IMG/VR virus record: IMGVR_UViG_3300030376_001531 | Span: 1-31,151 of that record | Source of the DNA: a virus | Lineage: Duplodnaviria; Caudoviricetes | Reading direction: 5' to 3' (one strand) | Length of the DNA stretch: 31,151 nt | In this document: in pieces, positions 17,639-26,733 of the stretch | Position numbering within the stretch: the stretch's first letter is position 1 | Layout: each line of letters begins with the position of its first letter | Notes under the pieces: generated by a model | Told to the model about the DNA's origin: nothing | The model's input: only the letters and a program-made list of their open reading frames with translations | Database searches by the model: none | Made by a program: the position numbers and the translations under genes

Positions 17639-20600
17639 ATGGTAAATCCTAAAGATTACGCGTGGCGAGATAAAGCCGCTTGGAATGACATACCCGAATA
17701 TCATCGAGATCGTGTTAAAAACCAGTTCGAAAAAGATTGGGATATTACAAACCATGAAAATCATGATCTTGTAGGTTCTTATGTGCAAACCTGGCTAGCT
17801 AATAATGAAGATAAAAATATTGATAAAGCTGGTGATATTATAGATAAAGAAAAAAGCTTACAAACTGACGACGCTAACATGAAGCGTATTCACGAACAAT
17901 TAAAAAAAGCTAAGTTTTTAAAAGGTAAAGCTTTAGATTATGATACTTTTGTTCAACATGCTGTGAATAATCCTGAGTATCGTATGAAGATACATAGTGT
18001 GCTAAGACAAAACAACATGGAGTCTAATGACATTGACTTTAACACGTTTAATACAAAAGTGTTTGGTGATGAATCAAGTATTACAAAAGCACCAGGAAGT
18101 TCTGCTCTTGATGATATGACTTTAGAAGAGCAAGAAAAAATAGCTAAAGAGCTTGGTATGACTGTAGAAGAAATGCTTGCAGATGAAGGAGCTCAAAGAA
18201 TATTTACTAGAGCTCAACCTGATAATACTATGATAGAGGTAGAAGGCGTACCTTTTGATATAGCGGCTCAATTACAAGGTAATGAAAAAACACAAGGTAG
18301 CAATAATTATGAAAATCAATTAATAGCTCAGCAAGAAGCTTATAATGAAATATTTGCAGGAGGTGCAGACGCTATACCGCTTTTACCTGATGGTACTGTT
18401 GATTACAATGCTTTAAATGCAAAAATAAAAGAAATAAAAGGATTTACACCTAATATTCGTATTGCTAAACAAGATTCAGTTATAGAAGATTTTGATTTTG
18501 ATACTCAATTAAATTTAGATGCCAATAACATAATGGTTCCAGATTTAAGTGGCGAGCGTGATAGTATATCAGGAAGAAATAAAATTGGAGGCGAGTGGGA
18601 CACTAGTACAAATAGAGCTATAAAAGCTTTGCAACCTTTTGTTAAAGCTGGTTTTTCTTTTGAAGAAGGCGAAGATCCAGATGACATGAGTGGTCAAACC
18701 GAGTCTTTATTAATTACAGCTCCTAATGGAGAAAAATTAAATATACAGCCTACATCTAGTAATCAACAAACTATTTTAGATTTTTTAAAAAATAATAATC
18801 AATTAATGTCAGCGGCAGATCAAAGAGCTAATCAAAGAAAATTAATAGAATATTATGATGGAGAAATAGATTTAACTACTAAAGAATTAGCTAAAATATC
18901 TATAATAGATCCAGAAGTAAAAGATTATGTGATGAGGAGCATGCCTGAGGATAGTGAAATACTTAATAAAGATGATTTTATGGGTACTGTTAATCCACAG
19001 ACTCAAAAAAAATATACAGAAGATGAAGCTATAGATGCTGAATTTAATTCTTTTCAAGAAGCTTATAAGCAAACTTTTGATAAAGCAGTTCACAATGATC
19101 CCAGATATGAATTTGCTACGATGCAAGCAAGAGAAGCTACTGATAAGCTTTCTAAAGATTATATAGAAAAGTTAAGAGAAAAATATGCAGATGAAGATGG
19201 TTTAGTTAGTGAGGAAAACATGCCTTTGATGCAAGAAGAATTTGCAGACTGGTATAACAATACTACTCAAGAAAACTTAAAGAATAATAAAGTAGCTAAA
19301 AGATTATTCCAAGATTATGGTTTAGCATCAGCTGAATTATACGGAGATAGATTTAGATCGTTTGAAAAATATAATTATGACACGTGGTTAGATGAGAATG
19401 TTTATAGAGAAATAGATCAAGCATTAGATTCAGGTAGAGGTGGTCCGATTATAGAATTTATGGAAACAGTAATTCCTACTGGAGGTTGGTGGAATAGAGC
19501 TTGGCAAAAAGTTAGAAGCTCTTCTGCTAGTATACCTGCCGGTATAAGAACCGTATCTAATACTATAGAGATAGCATTGCAAAAAGAACTTGAAATGGAA
19601 GGTAGATCTGAAATATATAATTCTATAAAAGATGGTATAGAAAATGGAGATCTTACTGAAAACATGACTTTAGCGGAAGCTAGAGAGGTTAATGGAGAAA
19701 TAGACAGTTGGATGAATTGGAATTTACTACACGGTTGGAGTGAAGACGATTCATTAAAAGATTTTTATGCTAAAAGAAAAGAAAGATACGATAACACTGT
19801 AAGAGATCTTACTGAAGATTTAGGTGATTTATCACAACAAGAAAGATATGCTAGTTTTGCTGCTGACTACGCAGACATGGAGCTAGATGGATATGCTATT
19901 CCTGACTGGTTCGTAAACAGTTCAGCTGATATGATAAAACAAGCACCGCATATGGTGCCAAGTACGCTAGGCGGTATATTATTAGCCGCTGGTACCGCAA
20001 CAACCGCTGTGTCTGGAGGAACTCTTTCATTTGCAGGAATACCTGCTGCTACTTTAGGTAGTGGTTTGTTAGCAGTAGGATCTGGTGTTATGGCTTCTCA
20101 AGTTTACGCTGATGTTTATATGCAAGGTCTTAGAAGACAAATGGAAGGCGAATATGGTGAAGGAGGTTTTTCAACTGAAGATTACTTAGACGCTTTGTCG
20201 AAAGATGAATATGGTTCTCAGATGCCGGCTTTAACAGCTGCTGCATTAACAGGTGCTTCAGAATATTTATTTGGTAAATTAGGTGGTAACATAACAGGTA
20301 ATGTTGCTGGTAATATATTAAAAAGCACAGCTGGTAATAAAATACTAGGAGCTACATTTGCTAATTACGCTAGAGGTTTAGTTTCATATGGAGCTGCTAC
20401 AACCATAGACGGTGTTATTGAAGGAGCAACAGAAGGTTTTCAATCATACATGGCTCAAGTAGCTGAAAATGCTATGAACCTTTATAAAGGTGATATGGAA
20501 AATGAAGCTACTTCTAGTATATTTTATAAAAATATAGATGTAGATGAGATCATAGAAGAAGCTAAAATGGGTTTCAATATGGGTATATTCATGGGTGTTG

Positions 20601-23600
20601 GTGGTGTTGCATTAAGTAACAAGAGTAATAAAGGTGGTAGTTATGATAATTTAAACTATGAAGGTAGAGCTATGCAAATAGCTGAGAAATATGATATATC
20701 TGGGTTTAATAATGATGATGGAGGAATTGGTCCAGGAAAAAGTGGTCCAGGAGGAAGTGGTGCTGGTATTAGTACCGCTGCTAATAAAGCGTTTTTAGAT
20801 ATACAACAAGCTATTAAAACTAATAATAATTTAACGCCTGTACAAAAACGAAATAAAATACAAACAGTATCTGATATTAGAGAAGCTGCTATAAAAGTAC
20901 CTCCAACAGTAAGAGGTGCAGATAAAAAAGCGTTAATAGATTTATTAAGAGAAAAGAAAAGCACTACAAATCAAATTAAAAAAATTAATGATAAAACTAT
21001 AAGTGGTTCTCAAGGATTAGATGGTAGGTTATCAGAAATAAATACTGAAATATCTGATATTATAAAAAACAATATTAATAATAAACCTATTACTCGTAAT
21101 ACTCTTATACCTCCAAAAGTAATGGATGCTATATTTAACAATGTATCTAGATTTGCAGGTGTTCAAAACTTTGTAGATCCTAGAGATCGTGCTTTAAATA
21201 GAGATTTTAGTATAGCTGATGATGGCATTTCTCCAGCACAACAAGGACCTAAATTAAACGAAGGTGTACAAGATTTTACTCAAGATCAAAGAACAAGAAC
21301 TAATAGACCACAAACAGTAGAAGGCGAAATAATACAAGCCGAAGCTGCTGGTGCACCTGATGTTAGAAATATTGTTGCTGAAAACGATTCATATAGTAGA
21401 ACAGATAGGCTTATGAATGATGCTGATTTTGATTTAGATAATAGATTTGATCAAAGAAGAGTATTAAAAGCAGCGGCTCCTGTAATAGAAGCGGCTTTAA
21501 AAAGAGAATATAAACCTGGTAGTTTATTAACAAGAGATCAATTTAGAACAGCATTGGAAAATGAATACTTGTTAACATTAAGAGAATACAATGAAGATCA
21601 AGATGTAAATCTACAAGGACCAGGAAAACAAACTAGTAATTTATTTGCTCTTAGAGCTAAGAGAATAACTAGAGAAAATATAGGTAAAGGTGAACGCGCT
21701 AGTTTAGACAGAGAAGATGCAATGCAAGTTGCTGATACATCGCAGGAACAAGATTTAGATCAAGATCAAACAGTTGGTACAAGAGAAAAAGTTTATTCCT
21801 CTGAAACAGATCAAGTGCAAGACCAAGATGTATCTGAAACTAAAGCTAACATTGAAGACCAAGTTGCAAAAGATATATTACTAGCTGTTAATAAAGGTGA
21901 TAATCCTGCTACAATAGTTAGTGAAATTAAAAACAATGTTAAAAAATCTTATTTTAAAGAGTTAAGAAGAGATATAGGTACATTTGCTAGTAAAGCGTAT
22001 AAAGATTTTATAAATTCTTTAGATGAAGCATTTATCAAGTCTATACCAGCAGCTACTATAAAAAGAAGATTTGGCAAACTATTTGGAATTAAACAAATAG
22101 GTATTACACCTACTAAACAAATAAGTAAATCAGGTAAACCTAGTAATTTCAACAAACAAATATATAGTATACCTAAAATAACAAAACAAGGTCTACAAGA
22201 GTTTAAAGATTATTTTTTAGCTGGTGAAAAAAGACAACAGTCAATGTATCAGATTTTAGCAAATGATTTTGCTTTAGAATCTATAAATGAATTAATGGCT
22301 GATAAAGGTTTTATGCAGAGACTAGAAACAGCTTTAGGTGATAGTGGTATTACTGCTGTAGAATTTATGCAAACAGTTGAAAATTTATTAGATGCTAGAG
22401 TTAAAGAAGATACTTCATTAGATGTAATAGATGCTCCGGTTAAACAAGCAGCCGGCGCTAGTCCTACTCCTACTCCTGTTGATGGTAGAAGAGCTATTAA
22501 AGAAGCGGATAAAAAGAAAGCAAGAGAAAAATTAGCTAAAGAAAAGTTGCAAAAGAAAATAGATAAGGCTAAAAAGAAAGTTAATTTAAAAGATTCTGAT
22601 GCTTATTTTGAGTTTAGTAAAGATAAAGAAGGTACTTCACTGTCAAGTATGTTTGGTTTTAAAAAGATACCTGTTAAAACAGAAAAATACATAGGACAAA
22701 GAGGTAAGTCAAAAGGTAAACAAAAATCAAGAACAATTTATGATTTAGATGCTATATCTGAAGTAGCTTCAAAAGAAGATGCTTCTAATAAGTTAACATT
22801 TAGAGAGTTAAGGGAAGAAGGTATAAATGGATTTTTAGATACTATAAAAGATCCTGATAAAAGAAAAAAATATACTGAACTACTTAAATCTTCTATGACT
22901 GGAAGTAAGAGGTTAAATTTTAACACTGTTTCAGAATTTGATTCTTCAATTTCTGGAGCTGAAGGTACTACTTTAGAACAAAACAGAACTAGATATAAAA
23001 ATAAAAAAGGTACATTAGATAAAAATGCTACAGATATAGTTTATAGTGAACAAAATTTAGATGATGTTTTAGATTTATTTGATGATTTAGGTAGTTTTTT
23101 ACGTGAAGGGGATAATTTGAAATACCTACCAGTATTCGATAGTATGATTGATGACAGTGGTAACAATATGAATCACATGATAAGGATAGCTGCGCCTTAT
23201 GCTTTTTACCCTATTGACATAAATACGGGTAAACCTGATTTTACTTCTAAAATAGATGAAGAACATAGTTTGCCAGCTCAAAATTTAGCTAGATTATTAT
23301 TATATGCGGCTGCTACTGATCAAATGAATATTGTTAGACCTGTAGTTAAAGGTTCATATATACAAGGAGCTATGTTAGCAAGTGAGCATGCTGATCTAGC
23401 TAACAAAGGTTTAAAATCTAAAATGAATGAAGCTTTTAATCTTGTATTCACCGGATTAAGAGATGGTAATGTAGCAAAAGTTTATCAAGGGTTAGGTTCT
23501 TTAGTAAGATACACGGGTGAAAACGTTATAAATCCTAATCAATATGTATTAAATAAGTATAATAAAACTATAGCGGAATACTATGGTGTTCAAGTAGATA

Positions 23601-26600
23601 AAATTCTCAGAAAAGTTCCTAATATAATAGAAATTCAAAATAAAGCTATAACTAGATTACAACAAGGTGAAAACAAAGCTGAAGTATTAAAAGAGTTTAA
23701 CACTATGCTTCCAATTGCAGAAGCCGCTGCTGCTCAAAATTTAAAAATACAAGAGTATACGCAGGCTTTACTAGAAAAAAGATGTACATCACCATGTAGA
23801 GTTCCTAGAACATCTAAACAAGTTAAGAAAACATTATTAAATTCATTAGCGGCAAGAATAAAAGCTTTAAATCCTTTCAAAAAACCAAAAGGTTTAAGTG
23901 CTTTTGACATGGACGATACTTTAGCTTTAACAAAAGAAAAAGTAATATACACACTTGATGGTAAAACATCTGAGTTAACAGCAGGTGAATTCGCTGTACA
24001 GTACGAAGGATTATTAGAACAAGGCGCAGAGTTTGATTATAGTAATTTTGACAATGTAGATTTATCTACGTCAAAAGGTCCATTAGCTGGAACAGCTTTA
24101 AGACGTCAAGATAAATATGGGTCTAAAGATATTTTTATTGTTACAGCTAGACCAAATGCTTCTCAAAATGCTATTAAAGTTTGGACTGATAGTATAGGTT
24201 TAAATATACCTATTGAAAATATTATTACATTAGAAGATGGATCACCTCAAGCAAAAGCAGATTGGTTGTTAAGTAAAGCAGCTGAAGGATATAATGATTT
24301 TTATTTTGCAGATGATTCATTATTAAATGTACAAACTGTAAAAGATATACTTGGTCAAATAGATGTTAAATCAAGAGTTCAACAAGCTATAGATGATAAA
24401 GCAACTAGACTTGATCAAGAGATGAATGATTTAATTGAAGACGCTACAGGTATAGGAGCAGAACAATTAGTAAGCGAGGTAGAAGCTAGAGTTGAAGGTA
24501 AGAAAAGAGACAAGGGTTTCTTTAAAAGAGTATTAAGACAGTTTAAAATAACAGCATCAGCTGATGATTTCTTAGGTTTAGGATATTATATGTTTGGAAA
24601 AGGCGAGAAAGGTACTAGACAAAGAAAATGGTTTGTTGAAAATTTAATAGCTCCTTATGATAAAGCTGAACAAGCTTTAATATCTGCTAAAGCTACTGTG
24701 GCGAATGATTTTGCAGCTCTTAAAAAAGCTTTCCCTAGTTTAAGAAGTAAAGGTGTAAAAGGATTTTTTACTAATCCTTTGAATCAAGAAGTTGGATATA
24801 AATCGTTTACTAAGTCACAAGCAGCAAGAGTTTATTTATGGAATAAACAAGGTATGGATATTCCTGGTATGTCTCAAGCAGATATAGATGGTTTAGTTAA
24901 TGCTGTTAATACTGATTTTGAATTACAACAATTTGCAGATAAAATACAGTTAATACAAAAAGAAGCACAATATCCTGGTCCTAAAAATAATTGGTTGGCT
25001 GGTGATATTAAATCTGATATATTAGGTAGTTTAGATACAACCTTTAGAGCTGAATTATTATCTGAATGGAATTCAAATATAAATATTGTATTCTCTGAAA
25101 AAAATCTTAACAAGTTAGAAAAAGCATTTGGTTCTAAATATGTAGAAGCTGTAAAAGATTCTATAACACGTATGAGATCAGGAACTAATAGACCTACTTA
25201 TACAGGAAGTGGATCTCGTCAAGTTAATGAAATGATGGACTGGATAAACAGTTCTGTCGGTGTAGCGATGTTTTTAAATGTTAGATCTGGATCATTACAG
25301 ATGCTATCTAATGTAAACTTTTTAAATTGGGGTGATAATAATATATATGCAGCTGCTAAAGCGTTTGTTAGTAAAGATTATGTTCCTACAGTTATGAAGT
25401 TGATGAACTCTGATTATCTTGTAAATAGACGTGATGGTTTAAAGATTAATGTAAATGAAGCTGAACTTGCTGCGGCCGCTAATAAAGGTGGTTTTAAAGG
25501 AATGCTTAACTATTTACTTGATAAAGGTTTTATAATTACAAGAATCATGGATAGTTTAGCTATTGCAACAGGTGGTGCTCCTTTTTACATTAATAGAGTA
25601 AAATCATTGTTGAAAAGAGTTAATCCAGAAACTGGTAAACTTTATACACAGAAAGAAGCAGAAACAAAAGCATTTGATGATTTTTATTCTATAGCAGAAG
25701 AAACACAACAGTCAAGTAATCCTAGTAAAATATCTTCTCAACAAGCAAGTTTATTTGGACGTACGATATTATCTTATCAAAACGTTACAATGCAGTATAA
25801 TAGAAAGGCTAAGAAAATGTTATTAGACTTTATCAATAGAAGACGTAGACCAGGAATGACACAGCGTGAAAGTGATTTAAGTAATTTATCTGGTGTTGTT
25901 TATTATGTTGCTATACAAAATTTAATATTTAATTCTTTACAACAAGCTTTATTTGCTCTAGCATTTGATGAAGATGATGAAAGAGAAAAAGATAAAGTAG
26001 CTGATACTATAAACGGTATGATGGACTCATTATTATTTGGTCTTGGATTTGGTGGAGCTATAATATCTACGGTAAAAAATGTAATAAGAGAATTAAAATT
26101 CCAGCATGATAGAAAGAGTCCTAAATATGAAGAAGCTGTATTTAACTTGTTTGATATATCACCTGTAATAGATCAAAAGGTTCGTAATGTTAGAACAGCT
26201 TTGAGAACATTTAGTTGGAATATGAAAGAAATTAAAAATAGAGGTTGGAGCATAGAAAACCCAGCTTATCTAGCTGTTTCTCAATTAATATCTGCCTTTA
26301 CTAATATACCAATAGATAGAGCTCTTAGAAAATATAACAATATTAGTCAAGCTTTTGATGAAGAAACTAGAACATATGAAAAAATAGCTTTACTATTAGG
26401 TTGGAATGGTTGGAACTTTGGTTTACCATATTGGGGTAGAGAAAGTACAATACAGCAAGAATTAAAAGATGAAGAAACTTTAAAAAAGAAATTTAAAGCT
26501 GATGTTAGAAACGCAAAAGCAAATGGCTTTACAAAGAGAGTGCCTTTTACAGGGCCAAACTCAGGTAAACCAAAAGGTGAACTTGGAGTTGATTATGTAC

Positions 26601-26647
26601 AGATAGAGAGATATGACGGATTGATACAATACTATAAAAAACCATAA
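17639..26647 (+). CDS. Giant multidomain internal virion/ejection protein with membrane-type segments and a HAD-family phosphatase domain
   Basis: 3002-aa uninterrupted ORF. Gly/Ala-rich hydrophobic stretches at about 19950-20610 and 25870-26080. HAD motifs FDMDDTL, IVTAR, K and FADDS at about 23891-24390. Confidence 0.72.
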   Translation: MVNPKDYAWRDKAAWNDIPEYHRDRVKNQFEKDWDITNHENHDLVGSYVQTWLANNEDKNIDKAGDIIDKEKSLQTDDANMKRIHEQLKKAKFLKGKALDYDTFVQHAVNNPEYRMKIHSVLRQNNMESNDIDFNTFNTKVFGDESSITKAPGSSALDDMTLEEQEKIAKELGMTVEEMLADEGAQRIFTRAQPDNTMIEVEGVPFDIAAQLQGNEKTQGSNNYENQLIAQQEAYNEIFAGGADAIPLLPDGTVDYNALNAKIKEIKGFTPNIRIAKQDSVIEDFDFDTQLNLDANNIMVPDLSGERDSISGRNKIGGEWDTSTNRAIKALQPFVKAGFSFEEGEDPDDMSGQTESLLITAPNGEKLNIQPTSSNQQTILDFLKNNNQLMSAADQRANQRKLIEYYDGEIDLTTKELAKISIIDPEVKDYVMRSMPEDSEILNKDDFMGTVNPQTQKKYTEDEAIDAEFNSFQEAYKQTFDKAVHNDPRYEFATMQAREATDKLSKDYIEKLREKYADEDGLVSEENMPLMQEEFADWYNNTTQENLKNNKVAKRLFQDYGLASAELYGDRFRSFEKYNYDTWLDENVYREIDQALDSGRGGPIIEFMETVIPTGGWWNRAWQKVRSSSASIPAGIRTVSNTIEIALQKELEMEGRSEIYNSIKDGIENGDLTENMTLAEAREVNGEIDSWMNWNLLHGWSEDDSLKDFYAKRKERYDNTVRDLTEDLGDLSQQERYASFAADYADMELDGYAIPDWFVNSSADMIKQAPHMVPSTLGGILLAAGTATTAVSGGTLSFAGIPAATLGSGLLAVGSGVMASQVYADVYMQGLRRQMEGEYGEGGFSTEDYLDALSKDEYGSQMPALTAAALTGASEYLFGKLGGNITGNVAGNILKSTAGNKILGATFANYARGLVSYGAATTIDGVIEGATEGFQSYMAQVAENAMNLYKGDMENEATSSIFYKNIDVDEIIEEAKMGFNMGIFMGVGGVALSNKSNKGGSYDNLNYEGRAMQIAEKYDISGFNNDDGGIGPGKSGPGGSGAGISTAANKAFLDIQQAIKTNNNLTPVQKRNKIQTVSDIREAAIKVPPTVRGADKKALIDLLREKKSTTNQIKKINDKTISGSQGLDGRLSEINTEISDIIKNNINNKPITRNTLIPPKVMDAIFNNVSRFAGVQNFVDPRDRALNRDFSIADDGISPAQQGPKLNEGVQDFTQDQRTRTNRPQTVEGEIIQAEAAGAPDVRNIVAENDSYSRTDRLMNDADFDLDNRFDQRRVLKAAAPVIEAALKREYKPGSLLTRDQFRTALENEYLLTLREYNEDQDVNLQGPGKQTSNLFALRAKRITRENIGKGERASLDREDAMQVADTSQEQDLDQDQTVGTREKVYSSETDQVQDQDVSETKANIEDQVAKDILLAVNKGDNPATIVSEIKNNVKKSYFKELRRDIGTFASKAYKDFINSLDEAFIKSIPAATIKRRFGKLFGIKQIGITPTKQISKSGKPSNFNKQIYSIPKITKQGLQEFKDYFLAGEKRQQSMYQILANDFALESINELMADKGFMQRLETALGDSGITAVEFMQTVENLLDARVKEDTSLDVIDAPVKQAAGASPTPTPVDGRRAIKEADKKKAREKLAKEKLQKKIDKAKKKVNLKDSDAYFEFSKDKEGTSLSSMFGFKKIPVKTEKYIGQRGKSKGKQKSRTIYDLDAISEVASKEDASNKLTFRELREEGINGFLDTIKDPDKRKKYTELLKSSMTGSKRLNFNTVSEFDSSISGAEGTTLEQNRTRYKNKKGTLDKNATDIVYSEQNLDDVLDLFDDLGSFLREGDNLKYLPVFDSMIDDSGNNMNHMIRIAAPYAFYPIDINTGKPDFTSKIDEEHSLPAQNLARLLLYAAATDQMNIVRPVVKGSYIQGAMLASEHADLANKGLKSKMNEAFNLVFTGLRDGNVAKVYQGLGSLVRYTGENVINPNQYVLNKYNKTIAEYYGVQVDKILRKVPNIIEIQNKAITRLQQGENKAEVLKEFNTMLPIAEAAAAQNLKIQEYTQALLEKRCTSPCRVPRTSKQVKKTLLNSLAARIKALNPFKKPKGLSAFDMDDTLALTKEKVIYTLDGKTSELTAGEFAVQYEGLLEQGAEFDYSNFDNVDLSTSKGPLAGTALRRQDKYGSKDIFIVTARPNASQNAIKVWTDSIGLNIPIENIITLEDGSPQAKADWLLSKAAEGYNDFYFADDSLLNVQTVKDILGQIDVKSRVQQAIDDKATRLDQEMNDLIEDATGIGAEQLVSEVEARVEGKKRDKGFFKRVLRQFKITASADDFLGLGYYMFGKGEKGTRQRKWFVENLIAPYDKAEQALISAKATVANDFAALKKAFPSLRSKGVKGFFTNPLNQEVGYKSFTKSQAARVYLWNKQGMDIPGMSQADIDGLVNAVNTDFELQQFADKIQLIQKEAQYPGPKNNWLAGDIKSDILGSLDTTFRAELLSEWNSNINIVFSEKNLNKLEKAFGSKYVEAVKDSITRMRSGTNRPTYTGSGSRQVNEMMDWINSSVGVAMFLNVRSGSLQMLSNVNFLNWGDNNIYAAAKAFVSKDYVPTVMKLMNSDYLVNRRDGLKINVNEAELAAAANKGGFKGMLNYLLDKGFIITRIMDSLAIATGGAPFYINRVKSLLKRVNPETGKLYTQKEAETKAFDDFYSIAEETQQSSNPSKISSQQASLFGRTILSYQNVTMQYNRKAKKMLLDFINRRRRPGMTQRESDLSNLSGVVYYVAIQNLIFNSLQQALFALAFDEDDEREKDKVADTINGMMDSLLFGLGFGGAIISTVKNVIRELKFQHDRKSPKYEEAVFNLFDISPVIDQKVRNVRTALRTFSWNMKEIKNRGWSIENPAYLAVSQLISAFTNIPIDRALRKYNNISQAFDEETRTYEKIALLLGWNGWNFGLPYWGRESTIQQELKDEETLKKKFKADVRNAKANGFTKRVPFTGPNSGKPKGELGVDYVQIERYDGLIQYYKKP

Positions 26648-26649
26648 CT

Positions 26650-26727
26650 ATGAAAAAATTTATTGACAAATTACAACAAGCTTGGAATAAGCTATTATAT
26701 AAATTAATGTTTAAAAAATATAAATAA
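26650..26727 (+). CDS. 25-aa cationic amphipathic peptide
   Basis: MKKFIDKLQQAWNKLLYKLMFKKYK*. It fills the gap between the giant gene (stop 26647) and the next start (26734) almost exactly. Not in the ORF track. Confidence 0.65.
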   Translation: MKKFIDKLQQAWNKLLYKLMFKKYK

Positions 26728-26733
26728 TGAATA

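Noticed and set aside
17640-17790. CpG-rich start of the giant gene as another overprinted region
   Set aside because: The +1 frame is open for only about 43 codons without a convincing start, and the antisense 61-aa ORF has no support.
23255-23280. DEEHSLP as an HNH/His-Me nuclease-like motif in the giant protein
   Set aside because: Only a three-residue resemblance; I cannot identify the remaining motif residues by eye.
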